Shown in pieces: positions 1 to 9,084 of a DNA stretch of 64,000 bases. The translations under genes were made by a program, and so were the position numbers. This stretch comes from a virus, in the IMG/VR virus record IMGVR_UViG_3300027746_000016, positions 30,966 through 94,965 of that record; one strand, 5' to 3'. Positions within the stretch are counted from its first letter, which is position 1; every line of letters begins with the position of its first letter. Below the pieces are notes generated by a model that saw nothing but the letters and a program-made list of their open reading frames with translations, made no database searches and was not told the origin of the DNA.

Positions 1-40
1 AACTGGTTCAGTTGCTCCATCTACTGGTTACGCTGCATAA
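1..40 (+). CDS. 3' end of an upstream gene (partial, ...TGSVAPSTGYAA*)
   Basis: Open frame from the window edge to TAA at 38-40, followed by a strong terminator; too short to identify. Confidence 0.5.
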   Translation, partial: TGSVAPSTGYAA

Positions 41-68
41 TCTTAATTGATTAACTAATAACTAAAGT

Positions 69-101
69 AAGAGGCTTTCCAAAAGAGAGCCTCTTCTTTT
101 T
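69..101 (+). terminator. Intrinsic terminator
   Basis: Stem AAGAGGCTTTC/GAGAGCCTCTT with CAAAA loop, then CTTTTT. Confidence 0.8.
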
Positions 102-117
102 GTGAAAAGACTCGCTA

Positions 118-124
118 ATAAATA
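118..124 (+). promoter_or_regulatory. Late promoter core ATAAATA
   Basis: Resembles the T4 gp55-dependent TATAAATA; recurs upstream of most virion genes here. Confidence 0.55.
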
Positions 125-163
125 ACTTTAGTAAATAATAAACTTAAAAATAATAAATTACAT

Positions 164-523
164 ATGAAATCAGTACTAAGCTATGAGCAATACCTGTTTG
201 AGAAAAAATCGCATAGCGATCTTGCAACCGGTACGCCTACAAAAGGTAAATCTGTTACTAAACAGGTAAATAACAATTTAACTGCAGGTACACCAAAAGG
301 AAAATCTGTTAAAAAATCAGTTAATTCAAGTACGTCAAGTTTACCAAAGGGTAGAGGATCTGTTCCTGGTAAATCAGTTAAGACCGGTACTTCAAGTTTA
401 CCAAAAGGTAAAGGCTCTGTTCCCGGTAAAAACGTTGACTCTAAATTTGCTAAGATAACAGTTAAAGGAAATTCAGTTAATAGGAAAGTTGATTCAGCAA
501 TGGCAAAGTTGCCAAGAAAATAA
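164..523 (+). CDS. Small Lys/Ser/Gly-rich repetitive basic protein, putative DNA-condensing internal head protein
   Basis: Repeats GTP(T)KGKSV and SSLPKG(R/K)GSVPGK; N-terminus MKSVLSYEQYLFE resembles the T4 capsid-targeting sequence. Confidence 0.6.
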   Translation: MKSVLSYEQYLFEKKSHSDLATGTPTKGKSVTKQVNNNLTAGTPKGKSVKKSVNSSTSSLPKGRGSVPGKSVKTGTSSLPKGKGSVPGKNVDSKFAKITVKGNSVNRKVDSAMAKLPRK

Positions 524-533
524 TTAATATTAT

Positions 534-1025
534 ATGAAATTTAGTGACGGTATGGAGTTTGATTTATCAGGCCCAATGCGAATTGAAGAACGTAGTGATG
601 GGTTATATGTAGTTGGCAATAATATGTTAATTCCAGTTAAGACAGTGGAAGATGGGTTATCAATAATAAAAAAAGAAGACCCAAATTATGAAATTGATGA
701 AGATTATACTGATTCTATGCATAGTTATGCTGAACCTACATTTGAATCATATAGTTATCGTATAATAGCTGAAGGTAATTCAATAAAAGACCTGGTTGGA
801 AAAGACGAGGAAGACGAATTAGACCTAGATGATGCCCGAGCAATTGGTCGTAAAATTTCTAAAATGAAAGGTGATGACCGTAAAAAATACGTAGGTATTG
901 TTAATTTTATGGGAGCATCTTGTAGAATTTATAATGAAATTTGGGCAAACTATAAACCAGTTGATCCATCTACTAAAAAATCAAATCGCGGAAAAGAATT
1001 CCAAGGCGATAAAAACATCGGTTAA
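534..1025 (+). CDS. Hypothetical protein (possible head core protein)
   Basis: 163-aa ORF in a late operon; internal TFESY...IIAE motif. Confidence 0.6.
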   Translation: MKFSDGMEFDLSGPMRIEERSDGLYVVGNNMLIPVKTVEDGLSIIKKEDPNYEIDEDYTDSMHSYAEPTFESYSYRIIAEGNSIKDLVGKDEEDELDLDDARAIGRKISKMKGDDRKKYVGIVNFMGASCRIYNEIWANYKPVDPSTKKSNRGKEFQGDKNIG

Positions 1026-1034
1026 CCGTATAAA

Positions 1035-1931
1035 ATGATTGGAGAAGGAATAATTGTTGAGTCAATTGCCAGCTTTAAAATTACATGGAAAAATCCAGGT
1101 AATGGAATGCAGGCAGTATGGGATCAAGAAAATCAGGTTATTGAACTTCATGGAAGCGATGTTTATCCAGACTTAGAGTTTGTTAGTGCAATGGGTCTCT
1201 CTACCTATTTTACATATTCAACCGCTGATAAAATTATAGGCAAATTAAAAGAATTAAATACCGTTATTGATACTGAATTAACCGAATTATATAAGTCAAA
1301 GGATCAAGTAACTGAAGAAAATACGATAAATAATAAACCACTTAATACCGATAATATCCCTGAAATTAAGCCTGAGGAGATTGATACAAAGGATGAAGTT
1401 ACTAATACTGAAGAACCTAAAGATGCGCCTAAGGAACCTGAGTCACCCAGCAAAGGATTTTCATATACGGTAACGGTACACGGAGATAAATTAAGATTTA
1501 TTGATGCAAGTTCAGAAACCTACAGTTTAGTAGTTAAGCATAAATTATCTAATAATATGGGAGTTAAAAAAGAAACTGGCGAAACTTTAGACAATAGTTC
1601 AAGAATTTGGGCAACGGTACAGTTAAGTGGTTTATTTAGTGAAACTCATAGATTTAATTTTGAAAAATTTAATATATCAACTGACTCAATTTCTGAAAAT
1701 TTATTGGTACAGATAATTCCATCGATTCAGTTAACGTTTAAGGCTGGAGAAAATATGGCAACACCAGAGGCTGAAAAAGAAACATATGTTAGTAAAATTG
1801 CACTCACTAAGAATCAAGCTAAATTAAAAGACTTACAAAAAGAACTTGATTTTTATAAAAAGCACGTAAAAGACAAAGGCCTTGATGCCCCTAGTGACGC
1901 AGAGGTTGAATCATATAAAAAACTTAATTAA
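1035..1931 (+). CDS. Hypothetical protein
   Basis: 298-aa ORF with acidic/Pro linker, co-oriented with neighbours. Confidence 0.65.
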   Translation: MIGEGIIVESIASFKITWKNPGNGMQAVWDQENQVIELHGSDVYPDLEFVSAMGLSTYFTYSTADKIIGKLKELNTVIDTELTELYKSKDQVTEENTINNKPLNTDNIPEIKPEEIDTKDEVTNTEEPKDAPKEPESPSKGFSYTVTVHGDKLRFIDASSETYSLVVKHKLSNNMGVKKETGETLDNSSRIWATVQLSGLFSETHRFNFEKFNISTDSISENLLVQIIPSIQLTFKAGENMATPEAEKETYVSKIALTKNQAKLKDLQKELDFYKKHVKDKGLDAPSDAEVESYKKLN

Positions 1932-1954
1932 TTAATAATTAGCAAAGTTCGTTA

Positions 1955-1961
1955 ATAAATA
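1955..1961 (+). promoter_or_regulatory. Late promoter core ATAAATA
   Basis: 20 nt upstream of the tail tube ATG. Confidence 0.6.
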
Positions 1962-1981
1962 ACTATAAAAAATAAGACAAG

Positions 1982-2593
1982 ATGGCAGGTCTACCTCATT
2001 TTAAAAATTCAACCGCTGGCCCCGCAAGGTATGAGCCAGTTTACCTTAATCAATTTGAGGTAATTATAACTCCGCCGCCAGCAATTAAGGCTAAAGCAGG
2101 ATGGGCATCTAATTTAACATTAGAACATGTTAAAAAAGTTGGACCTCTTCCTGAACTTGCAGGTAACGCCGGTGGTGCAATTATTACGCAAAAATATAAA
2201 TTTGCAGAAAGAGCATATGCAGCAGCTAAACCAGCTTCAACTCTTCATAAATTTGTAATTGACTTTGAACTAAACTTAAATAATACAAATGATAATTATA
2301 TCTATAATGCATTTAGGGCATGGGCAGATTTAATCTATAATCCAATGACAGGTCAACAAGGTTTAAAAGTAGACTATGCAGGAACATCAGCTGATGCTGC
2401 TTCTGTACAGGTTACAATGTTTAACCGAACTGGTGCAATATTTAGAGAATTTGTATTTGCTCCAGTATTTTTAGATACAACTAAATTTAATGAACTAACT
2501 CTAGACTATTCAGCAGAGGCTACTACTGGTATTGCATCATTAGCTGTACCGTTTGTTGCAGACAGGTATGTTGAAACCCGAGTAGGTCAATAA
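1982..2593 (+). CDS. Tail tube protein (T4 gp19-like)
   Basis: About 200 aa; EPVYLNQFEV, FRAWADLIYNPMTG..G.K.DY and LDYS patterns typical of gp19-family tubes. Confidence 0.75.
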   Translation: MAGLPHFKNSTAGPARYEPVYLNQFEVIITPPPAIKAKAGWASNLTLEHVKKVGPLPELAGNAGGAIITQKYKFAERAYAAAKPASTLHKFVIDFELNLNNTNDNYIYNAFRAWADLIYNPMTGQQGLKVDYAGTSADAASVQVTMFNRTGAIFREFVFAPVFLDTTKFNELTLDYSAEATTGIASLAVPFVADRYVETRVGQ

Positions 2594-2611
2594 AAAACAT
2601 TTATATAAAAA

Positions 2612-3298
2612 ATGGAAATGTTTAATGTAAAGCGCCGAGATAATCCATCCATGGATAATTGGTCAGATATAAAGAAACCTGCCTTTGGAGGACCCAAAGA
2701 AAAGGCTGATTTTGATAAAGCAAAGAAAACTAAATTAAAAGAATACCAACGAATTGTTGAGCGTAATCCTGATGCTGAAGGCGGACGTTTTAATCCAAAT
2801 TATGACTCTGCCTGGAAAGGATTTACGAGTGATATTATATATAGAACAGCAAAGAAAAAATCATATGAACCCATGTATTCAACACCAACAATTGCAGTAA
2901 TAAACGCAATAGAAGAAGGAAATATTATTAGATTCGAAGAATTTATTAATGAAAACTATGAATTTGATCCAAATGATCCGAATCCAGTTGAAGATCCAGA
3001 CGACCTAACAAAAAAAGACCTAGAAGACCAAGAAGGAATTATGGAAGAAGAAGATGAAGTTGATACATTTGATGAATTTGAAGAAGAAGAAGAATCAGTA
3101 GACTTAGGCTATGAAGTAGATGAAGAGCAATTAGATAAATTATTAGAAGAGTTCGGAGATGAACTTCAAACAATGATTACTAATATTTGTGAAACTATGG
3201 AAATGGAAAAATCTGAAGTTTGTGACTTATTATGTGCAGCAATTGAAAAGAAATGTACTGAAGAAGAAGATGGAGAAAATTTTAATGGCGAAGAATAA
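2612..3298 (+). CDS. Acidic protein, putative prohead core/scaffold component
   Basis: Basic N-half, IIRFEEFINE motif, then a very Glu/Asp-rich C-half. Confidence 0.55.
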   Translation: MEMFNVKRRDNPSMDNWSDIKKPAFGGPKEKADFDKAKKTKLKEYQRIVERNPDAEGGRFNPNYDSAWKGFTSDIIYRTAKKKSYEPMYSTPTIAVINAIEEGNIIRFEEFINENYEFDPNDPNPVEDPDDLTKKDLEDQEGIMEEEDEVDTFDEFEEEEESVDLGYEVDEEQLDKLLEEFGDELQTMITNICETMEMEKSEVCDLLCAAIEKKCTEEEDGENFNGEE

Positions 3299-3324
3299 TT
3301 TTAACTAAAAAATAGTTTTATATT

Positions 3325-3355
3325 AAAGCAGAGATATTATATTTCTGCTTTTTTT
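3325..3355. terminator. Bidirectional intrinsic terminator
   Basis: AAAGCAGAGATA/TATTTCTGCTTT stem plus T run between convergent genes. Confidence 0.75.
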
Positions 3356-3363
3356 ATTTAAAA

Positions 3364-3765
3364 TCATTGCCTTTTTTTAATAGTTTTAAGGTTTGGAATA
3401 TTCTCTAAATCTCCGTCTAAATCAATTAAACTTGGATCAAATACAACTTCTGGGTATGCCCCTATTAAAAAATCTAGAGTATTTAATATTGTATTTGGAG
3501 AAATATTTGAGTTAATATAAATTATCCTATTATATTTACGGTTTCTAACATTTACGGCTTTGTCTATTAATTTCTTAATTTCATAATTTATTAAAAAAGA
3601 TTGAATTTTATTTGGAACAACAATATCCTGCTCAAACTTTTCACGTATTATTTTAGTTACATTAAGAAGATAATCTGATTTTCCTTTTTTGTTTAGTGCA
3701 TGTACAAACTGTTTTAAATCCCTTACGAAAACTATTTCCAGTGATCTATCTGTGTTATCGATCAT
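3364..3765 (-). CDS. Hypothetical protein
   Basis: 133-aa ORF overlapping the dCMP deaminase stop. Confidence 0.65.
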   Translation of the reverse strand: MIDNTDRSLEIVFVRDLKQFVHALNKKGKSDYLLNVTKIIREKFEQDIVVPNKIQSFLINYEIKKLIDKAVNVRNRKYNRIIYINSNISPNTILNTLDFLIGAYPEVVFDPSLIDLDGDLENIPNLKTIKKRQ

Positions 3766-4228
3766 TTATGTCGATTTTTTTAACTTCAACTCCTGCTCTC
3801 CGCAAAAAGTCTAATCCGTTGGTATCACGGTATTCTTCTAAATATACAACTCTGGTAATTCCAGCCTGCATAATTAATTTACTACAGTCAGTACACGGAG
3901 AGTATGTTACATAGAGAGTAGAGCCATTACAACTTTGGGTTGATTTAGCAACTTTTAAAATTGCATTGGCCTCGGCATGTAAAACATACCATTTTGTTTT
4001 ATATTCTTTAAATGATCCATCTTCATTATTAATAGCCTCTTCACATTCATTTTCAAAACCAGCAGGCGTACCATTATATCCATCTGAAATAATTGAATTA
4101 TCTTTAACAATTAAGGCTCCAACTTTTTTACGGTTAGCATGTGATAATTGTGACCATGACTCTGCCATAGCGATATAAGTTTGGTCAAACCTGTGCTGTC
4201 TACTTGAGTACTTACGAGCAAGTATCAT
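3755..4228 (-). CDS. dCMP deaminase
   Basis: VGALIVKD, GYNGTP, HAEANAI and SPCTDC zinc-deaminase motifs. Confidence 0.93.
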   Translation of the reverse strand: MILARKYSSRQHRFDQTYIAMAESWSQLSHANRKKVGALIVKDNSIISDGYNGTPAGFENECEEAINNEDGSFKEYKTKWYVLHAEANAILKVAKSTQSCNGSTLYVTYSPCTDCSKLIMQAGITRVVYLEEYRDTNGLDFLRRAGVEVKKIDINDR

Positions 4229-5112
4229 TTTTTAATTTTTGAAATATTTTTATAAATCCATTTAATTAAACTATTACCGTCTTGAAAAATCAGGTATTGT
4301 TTATCTTCACTACTTATTGACTCAAATAGGGTTATTAAATTTGAACTTGGGGTTCCATCTATCTCTATTAAATTAGTAATAGGTAACGGTAATGATTCTG
4401 GTTTAAATTCAAAACCTAACATTTTAGAAGAAATATCATAGTGCTTATCATAGATATGATATGAATTAGAGACATGAGTATATGAACCAAGTTTTAATTT
4501 TGGATAAAATTCCTTTAAGTGAATATACATCTGTAATTGTAATGAACAGAAAAAGGCAACATCAGTTGGAGTACCCCAAATTGCATCATTACTTCTCATA
4601 AATACTGACATATAAAATTTATTATTTCTTATATGACAATTTGCATACATTGTACATACAAAATCTTTATTATCAGAATACTGATGAATTGGCATGTTAA
4701 AGTGCATTACTGCCTGCCTAGTATTTGGGTCTTTTATTAAACTTTGAATTGCCCATTGATATTGTGAATAATTATCAGAATTTTTAAGTGTAAAAATTAA
4801 ATTACCATAGGCTGAGTTAACTGTTCCATCTGGATTTTGGATAGATTCCCAAAACTTGGCCCATTGTGAAATAAATTTAACATCATTACGACCTAAATAA
4901 TACCATAACAATTCAGCCGCAATATAGCCAGTTTGAGATCCGCGTGTGTCATTTGTATATAAACAACTGGTTGGATCCTCAATAACTAGTGCAACATCTA
5001 ATAATTCTTTACTAGTAGTTCCACGAGCACCATTTTCTTCACCATTAACCAATAGGTAAGAAATTGAGTCTTTATAACAAGCGGCAAATGATTGACCATT
5101 AAATACTAACAT
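4225..5112 (-). CDS. Thymidylate-synthase-fold enzyme, dCMP hydroxymethylase/methylase type (T4 gp42-like)
   Basis: ELLWY, NSAYG, DNYSQY, DFVCT (catalytic Cys), MRSNDAIWGTPTD (Asp at the specificity position), HIY. Confidence 0.8.
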   Translation of the reverse strand: MLVFNGQSFAACYKDSISYLLVNGEENGARGTTSKELLDVALVIEDPTSCLYTNDTRGSQTGYIAAELLWYYLGRNDVKFISQWAKFWESIQNPDGTVNSAYGNLIFTLKNSDNYSQYQWAIQSLIKDPNTRQAVMHFNMPIHQYSDNKDFVCTMYANCHIRNNKFYMSVFMRSNDAIWGTPTDVAFFCSLQLQMYIHLKEFYPKLKLGSYTHVSNSYHIYDKHYDISSKMLGFEFKPESLPLPITNLIEIDGTPSSNLITLFESISSEDKQYLIFQDGNSLIKWIYKNISKIKK

Positions 5113-5118
5113 ATTTAA

Positions 5119-5146
5119 ATTATACTAAAAAAACAGATAATGGTTT
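5119..5146 (-). promoter_or_regulatory. Pre-late promoter AAACC-N17-TATAAT
   Basis: TATAAT ends 6 nt before the ATG at 5112; motif repeated at other replication genes. Confidence 0.6.
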
Positions 5147-6809
5147 AGTCTGATTTGATATCAGAGAAATGATCAGAATTTTCAATTAATAACTTAATAT
5201 CAAAAAACTCTTCAGGTAAAGGATCATGTGAAATTACAAAAATAGTCATATTATATTTTTTAGAAAAGGTTTTTAATAGGTCTACGACTCTATAGATTGA
5301 ATCTACGTCTAATGATGAAAATACTTCATCTAAAAATAATAAATTAACTTTATGGTGTTTTAATTTTAATAATTCTAAAATACACAATAGAACAATTAGA
5401 TTCATTTTCTTCTGTTCGCCAGCAGATAATGAATCTGGTGATATTTGAATTCCTAAATGAGTAATAATTGGATTAAATTCCAAATCAAATTCAAATGCAA
5501 ACTTAAATTCTAATAATTTAGAGGTTTTTAAAATTTTACGGTTTAACATTGGAATTATTTGACTCATTAATAGTCGCTTCATTCCATTATCTGATAGGAT
5601 ATCTTCCATTTCTTGAGAAATGGCCAATTTAGCCGAATAACCAGCCTTATCAGTTGTTAAATTAGTAATTTCTGACTCAATTGTTGAAATTACTCCATTA
5701 ATATATTCGGTACCAGTCCTTTTAGAGTCAATTTGGTTTAACTCAGATAACTCACGGTTAAGTGGGGATAATAGTCCATCAATTTTATAGAATGAGTCCC
5801 TAGATTCAACTTGTTCTGCCTTTTTTGTATTTAAGTCAGAATTAATTAAGTTAATATTTTCAACCAGCCCAGGTAATAAGTCGGATTGAGTTTTCTTTTT
5901 ATTTAATAACTTGTCTTTTATTGTAATATGTGTTTCATCAGTTAAGTCAGAAAGACAGTGTGGACACTTATTTTTAGAATATAGATCTAATTTTTTCTGA
6001 ATCTCAGTAATTGTATATTGAGTTGAGGCTTTTAAATCACGAGCAACAGTAATACTCTTTTCAATAATTCCAACTTGTGAATTTAAGCTGGTATAAACAA
6101 GTCGCTTTTCTTCTTTTTGATTAGATAATTTAGTAATTTCAGCAGTAAGTTCAGAAATTCTAACTGCTTTAGCTGAATTTAAATCTAATTTTAAATTATC
6201 AAGTTGAGAAATTGAATTTTGTAAAATTGAATTATTATTTAATAAAGTAGAATCAATTGAGTGGATTGAAGTTCTTAAGTCTTTAACCTCTTCTTTAACT
6301 ACTTTAGACATATCATTAACTATATCTAATCCAAATATTTTATCAATGATTTGACGTTTATCGTGCGGACTTAATTTAACAAAGCTTTTAAAATCATTAA
6401 CTGATAGGCTAATTGTATTTGAAAATACGTTAAATGGAATCTTAGTTAATTCTTCTTCAATAAATTCATCAACTCTACGTTTATCAGGTAAATTATGTTC
6501 TGAATTATTAATTAATAACTTTGAAAAATTAGGCTCTAAGCCTCTTTCTATTTCAATTTTATCACCGTTGGCGGCAATAAATTCAATATGAGTATAGGCA
6601 TTTTTATTTATGCGGTTTGGAATCTCTTTGGTTTTACGAATAGATGATTTACCATATAAGGCAACAGTTAATGCATCAGAAATTGATGATTTACCACTTC
6701 CATTTTTACCTTGAACTAAAATAAGTTGAGGATCTTCTGAAAATTTAAAAGTTTGTAATTTGTTTCCGTATGAACAAATATTTTTAAAAGAGAATTGAGT
6801 TATCTTCAT
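5145..6809 (-). CDS. SbcC/Rad50-like recombination ATPase (T4 gp46-like)
   Basis: Walker A GKNGSGKS, coiled coil with CPHC hook, LSAGE signature, LLFLDEVFSSLD, ISH. Confidence 0.92.
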   Translation of the reverse strand: MKITQFSFKNICSYGNKLQTFKFSEDPQLILVQGKNGSGKSSISDALTVALYGKSSIRKTKEIPNRINKNAYTHIEFIAANGDKIEIERGLEPNFSKLLINNSEHNLPDKRRVDEFIEEELTKIPFNVFSNTISLSVNDFKSFVKLSPHDKRQIIDKIFGLDIVNDMSKVVKEEVKDLRTSIHSIDSTLLNNNSILQNSISQLDNLKLDLNSAKAVRISELTAEITKLSNQKEEKRLVYTSLNSQVGIIEKSITVARDLKASTQYTITEIQKKLDLYSKNKCPHCLSDLTDETHITIKDKLLNKKKTQSDLLPGLVENINLINSDLNTKKAEQVESRDSFYKIDGLLSPLNRELSELNQIDSKRTGTEYINGVISTIESEITNLTTDKAGYSAKLAISQEMEDILSDNGMKRLLMSQIIPMLNRKILKTSKLLEFKFAFEFDLEFNPIITHLGIQISPDSLSAGEQKKMNLIVLLCILELLKLKHHKVNLLFLDEVFSSLDVDSIYRVVDLLKTFSKKYNMTIFVISHDPLPEEFFDIKLLIENSDHFSDIKSD

Positions 6810-6812
6810 TTG

Positions 6813-7301
6813 TTAAACAAAATAGGTTAAAGTTTGGCCTTCTACTACATCTAGTACTGATTTAAATATGCAAAGTTTATTAGGTGTATCAAATTCTCTA
6901 ATCATATTTGGATAATCACTAATTCCATATATAAGTCCATAACCTAATGGAATATTATGTGATTTTAAATTACTTAATGAATTTACATTGATTTTTGATT
7001 TTAATATTTCTATGTAGTCCGCATTTGATAATTCACCTGAATCTAGTCTTTTTATTAACTCCATTTCACCAAGTTGGGTAAATACTTTCATTTCATTATC
7101 TATAACCTCTTGATTAAGTATTAATTTTTTACCAAATTCTGGATTTGATTTAGTTAATATTATTGAATCTTTATTTGTTATGGTAAATACTGGACATACT
7201 TCAATTATTGTATTTTGAGGTATGTATTGAGTAGCAACTGCTTTAACTGAGGTACTGGTTTTTATAATTCTAACATAACTACTAATAAATGGGCTAAGCA
7301 T
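6813..7301 (-). CDS. Degenerate SET-domain protein (vSET-like, probably catalytically altered)
   Basis: IIEVCPV, LGYGLIY..S..PN and F....DV..GQTLT match minimal SET domains; NHS is replaced by GIS. Confidence 0.65.
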   Translation of the reverse strand: MLSPFISSYVRIIKTSTSVKAVATQYIPQNTIIEVCPVFTITNKDSIILTKSNPEFGKKLILNQEVIDNEMKVFTQLGEMELIKRLDSGELSNADYIEILKSKINVNSLSNLKSHNIPLGYGLIYGISDYPNMIREFDTPNKLCIFKSVLDVVEGQTLTYFV

Positions 7302-8409
7302 AGGTATTTTGGCTTTTTACAAATTGATGAATTTCTATAAATTTTTTAGCTAAATTCATTTTAATATCTTGAGAATATTCTTTTGATTTTAAATACATTT
7401 TAAAAATATCAGAAATATTAAATCCATCTTCTGGATTAAAGTCAGACTGCATTTCAGCATCAGCTTCAGTTTGATCAGTGTATGTAAAAAATTCTATTTT
7501 ACGGTGAGGTATATTAGAAATTTCTTCTAGAAATCGGGTAACTGATAATTTATTTGCAAAATTAATATTAATCATTATATCTATAAAATTATTACTAAAT
7601 TTTTTATAGATTTCAGAAATTGGTAACTCTAATATATTCATTATATCAAATTTAACAAAGGTTGGAGACTGTGTATTTTCAATAAATGTTTCAACTAAAA
7701 CTGGCGAATCTACCTCTAATTGATAGAATCCTTTAACATTACCAATATCTCCTCTATCCATTTGGTATGGAGTTCCAGTATATAAAATGTTATCACGCTC
7801 TTGTCTATGATGTATATGACCTCCATATACCCTTTTATAGGTATTTAGTGCATCAATTTCAATACCGTGCTCAACATGAGTCCATTTATTAAATTTTAAA
7901 CCTTTAATATCAGCATGACATATTATATATTGACATAAGTTTCTATAATCATTAACCTTATTTGATAAAACTGACATGTCTTCTATCCATGGTAACATTA
8001 AGAAATTATGAGAATGGTTAATTGTTAATATCTCTGGGCTCTCAAATACATGAATATTATCGGCTAAATAACTTAATGATTTTAGTGAATGAATTTCATT
8101 TTTATCTTTATAATAAACATCATGATTACCTATAATGATATAAATTCCTCTTTTAAATTTTTTAGATAGTTTTTTAAAAATATCAAAGGCCTCATTTTGT
8201 ATTCTGACATTAATAGATTCTCTAGAATGAAAAATATCTCCTTCTAAGATAAGTATATCCCGGTTTTCATCAAAATCTTCGTCTACTTTTGTTAGTAAAA
8301 AATCTAATAAAAAGTCTCGTTGAATATTCATCCATTCAACTGAATTATTTCGAATTCCTAAATGAAGATCTCCAACCAGTGTTATTTTTCTAATATTGGT
8401 TAAATTCAT
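7294..8409 (-). CDS. SbcD/Mre11-like nuclease (T4 gp47-like)
   Basis: GDLHLG, GDIFH, GNHD, GHIH and YTGTPYQ metallophosphoesterase motifs. Confidence 0.92.
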   Translation of the reverse strand: MNLTNIRKITLVGDLHLGIRNNSVEWMNIQRDFLLDFLLTKVDEDFDENRDILILEGDIFHSRESINVRIQNEAFDIFKKLSKKFKRGIYIIIGNHDVYYKDKNEIHSLKSLSYLADNIHVFESPEILTINHSHNFLMLPWIEDMSVLSNKVNDYRNLCQYIICHADIKGLKFNKWTHVEHGIEIDALNTYKRVYGGHIHHRQERDNILYTGTPYQMDRGDIGNVKGFYQLEVDSPVLVETFIENTQSPTFVKFDIMNILELPISEIYKKFSNNFIDIMININFANKLSVTRFLEEISNIPHRKIEFFTYTDQTEADAEMQSDFNPEDGFNISDIFKMYLKSKEYSQDIKMNLAKKFIEIHQFVKSQNTYA

Positions 8410-8411
8410 TA

Positions 8412-9068
8412 TTAAAACATTTTTAAGTTTTTAGATGATTTATCTAGAAATGAATATTTTTTATTTAATTCAATTAATAGGATTTCTTTATTATCATAAA
8501 TCAACATATCAAATAGCTTTTTATATTCCATGCAGGTTAATGCAGATATTGTATCTAATACATGAATTGAACTTACAAATACACTAGCAGATTCGCCTAC
8601 ACTAACACCATTTAATATTATTTTAAATAAATCATTAATTTCAGATTTTATAAATTTCTTCTTAGCCGGTTCAGGTCCCAATATTAAATTAACTTCATCT
8701 GATGTAGAAATAAATTTGTTTATATCAACTTGAGTTATTTTAAAATCAATACCATCAATATATTTTTCTTTATCATATAGATGATAGTCTGGAGAACTTG
8801 AATCTAATTTAATTTCATTATACGAATGAATTTCGTCTTCATCTTCAACCAGAGTAGAACCTGCATTATATGAATTATTAAATATTTTATCTGTTTTTTT
8901 AAGTTTAGCATAGTCAGCTTTACGTCTATCTAATTCAACTTGGTCTTCTGACTCTAAATCATCTTCAACTTGGTCAGATTCATCAGAATCTAATAACTCT
9001 AGAGTAGAATCATCCTGGTCTTCAAATCCTAAATCTTCAAATAGGTCATCATTTTTCTTTTTTGCCAT
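8412..9068 (-). CDS. Hypothetical protein with acidic N-terminus
   Basis: 218-aa ORF in the replication operon. Confidence 0.7.
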   Translation of the reverse strand: MAKKKNDDLFEDLGFEDQDDSTLELLDSDESDQVEDDLESEDQVELDRRKADYAKLKKTDKIFNNSYNAGSTLVEDEDEIHSYNEIKLDSSSPDYHLYDKEKYIDGIDFKITQVDINKFISTSDEVNLILGPEPAKKKFIKSEINDLFKIILNGVSVGESASVFVSSIHVLDTISALTCMEYKKLFDMLIYDNKEILLIELNKKYSFLDKSSKNLKMF

Positions 9069-9084
9069 TATTTTAGTATTTTTT

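Noticed and set aside
1-40. Assigning the partial upstream gene as the major capsid protein
   Set aside because: Context is suggestive (strong terminator, head-type genes downstream) but 12 codons cannot support it
4225-5112. Plain thyA annotation
   Set aside because: The specificity residue is Asp rather than Asn and the catalytic motif is DFVCT rather than LxPCH, matching the gp42-type branch
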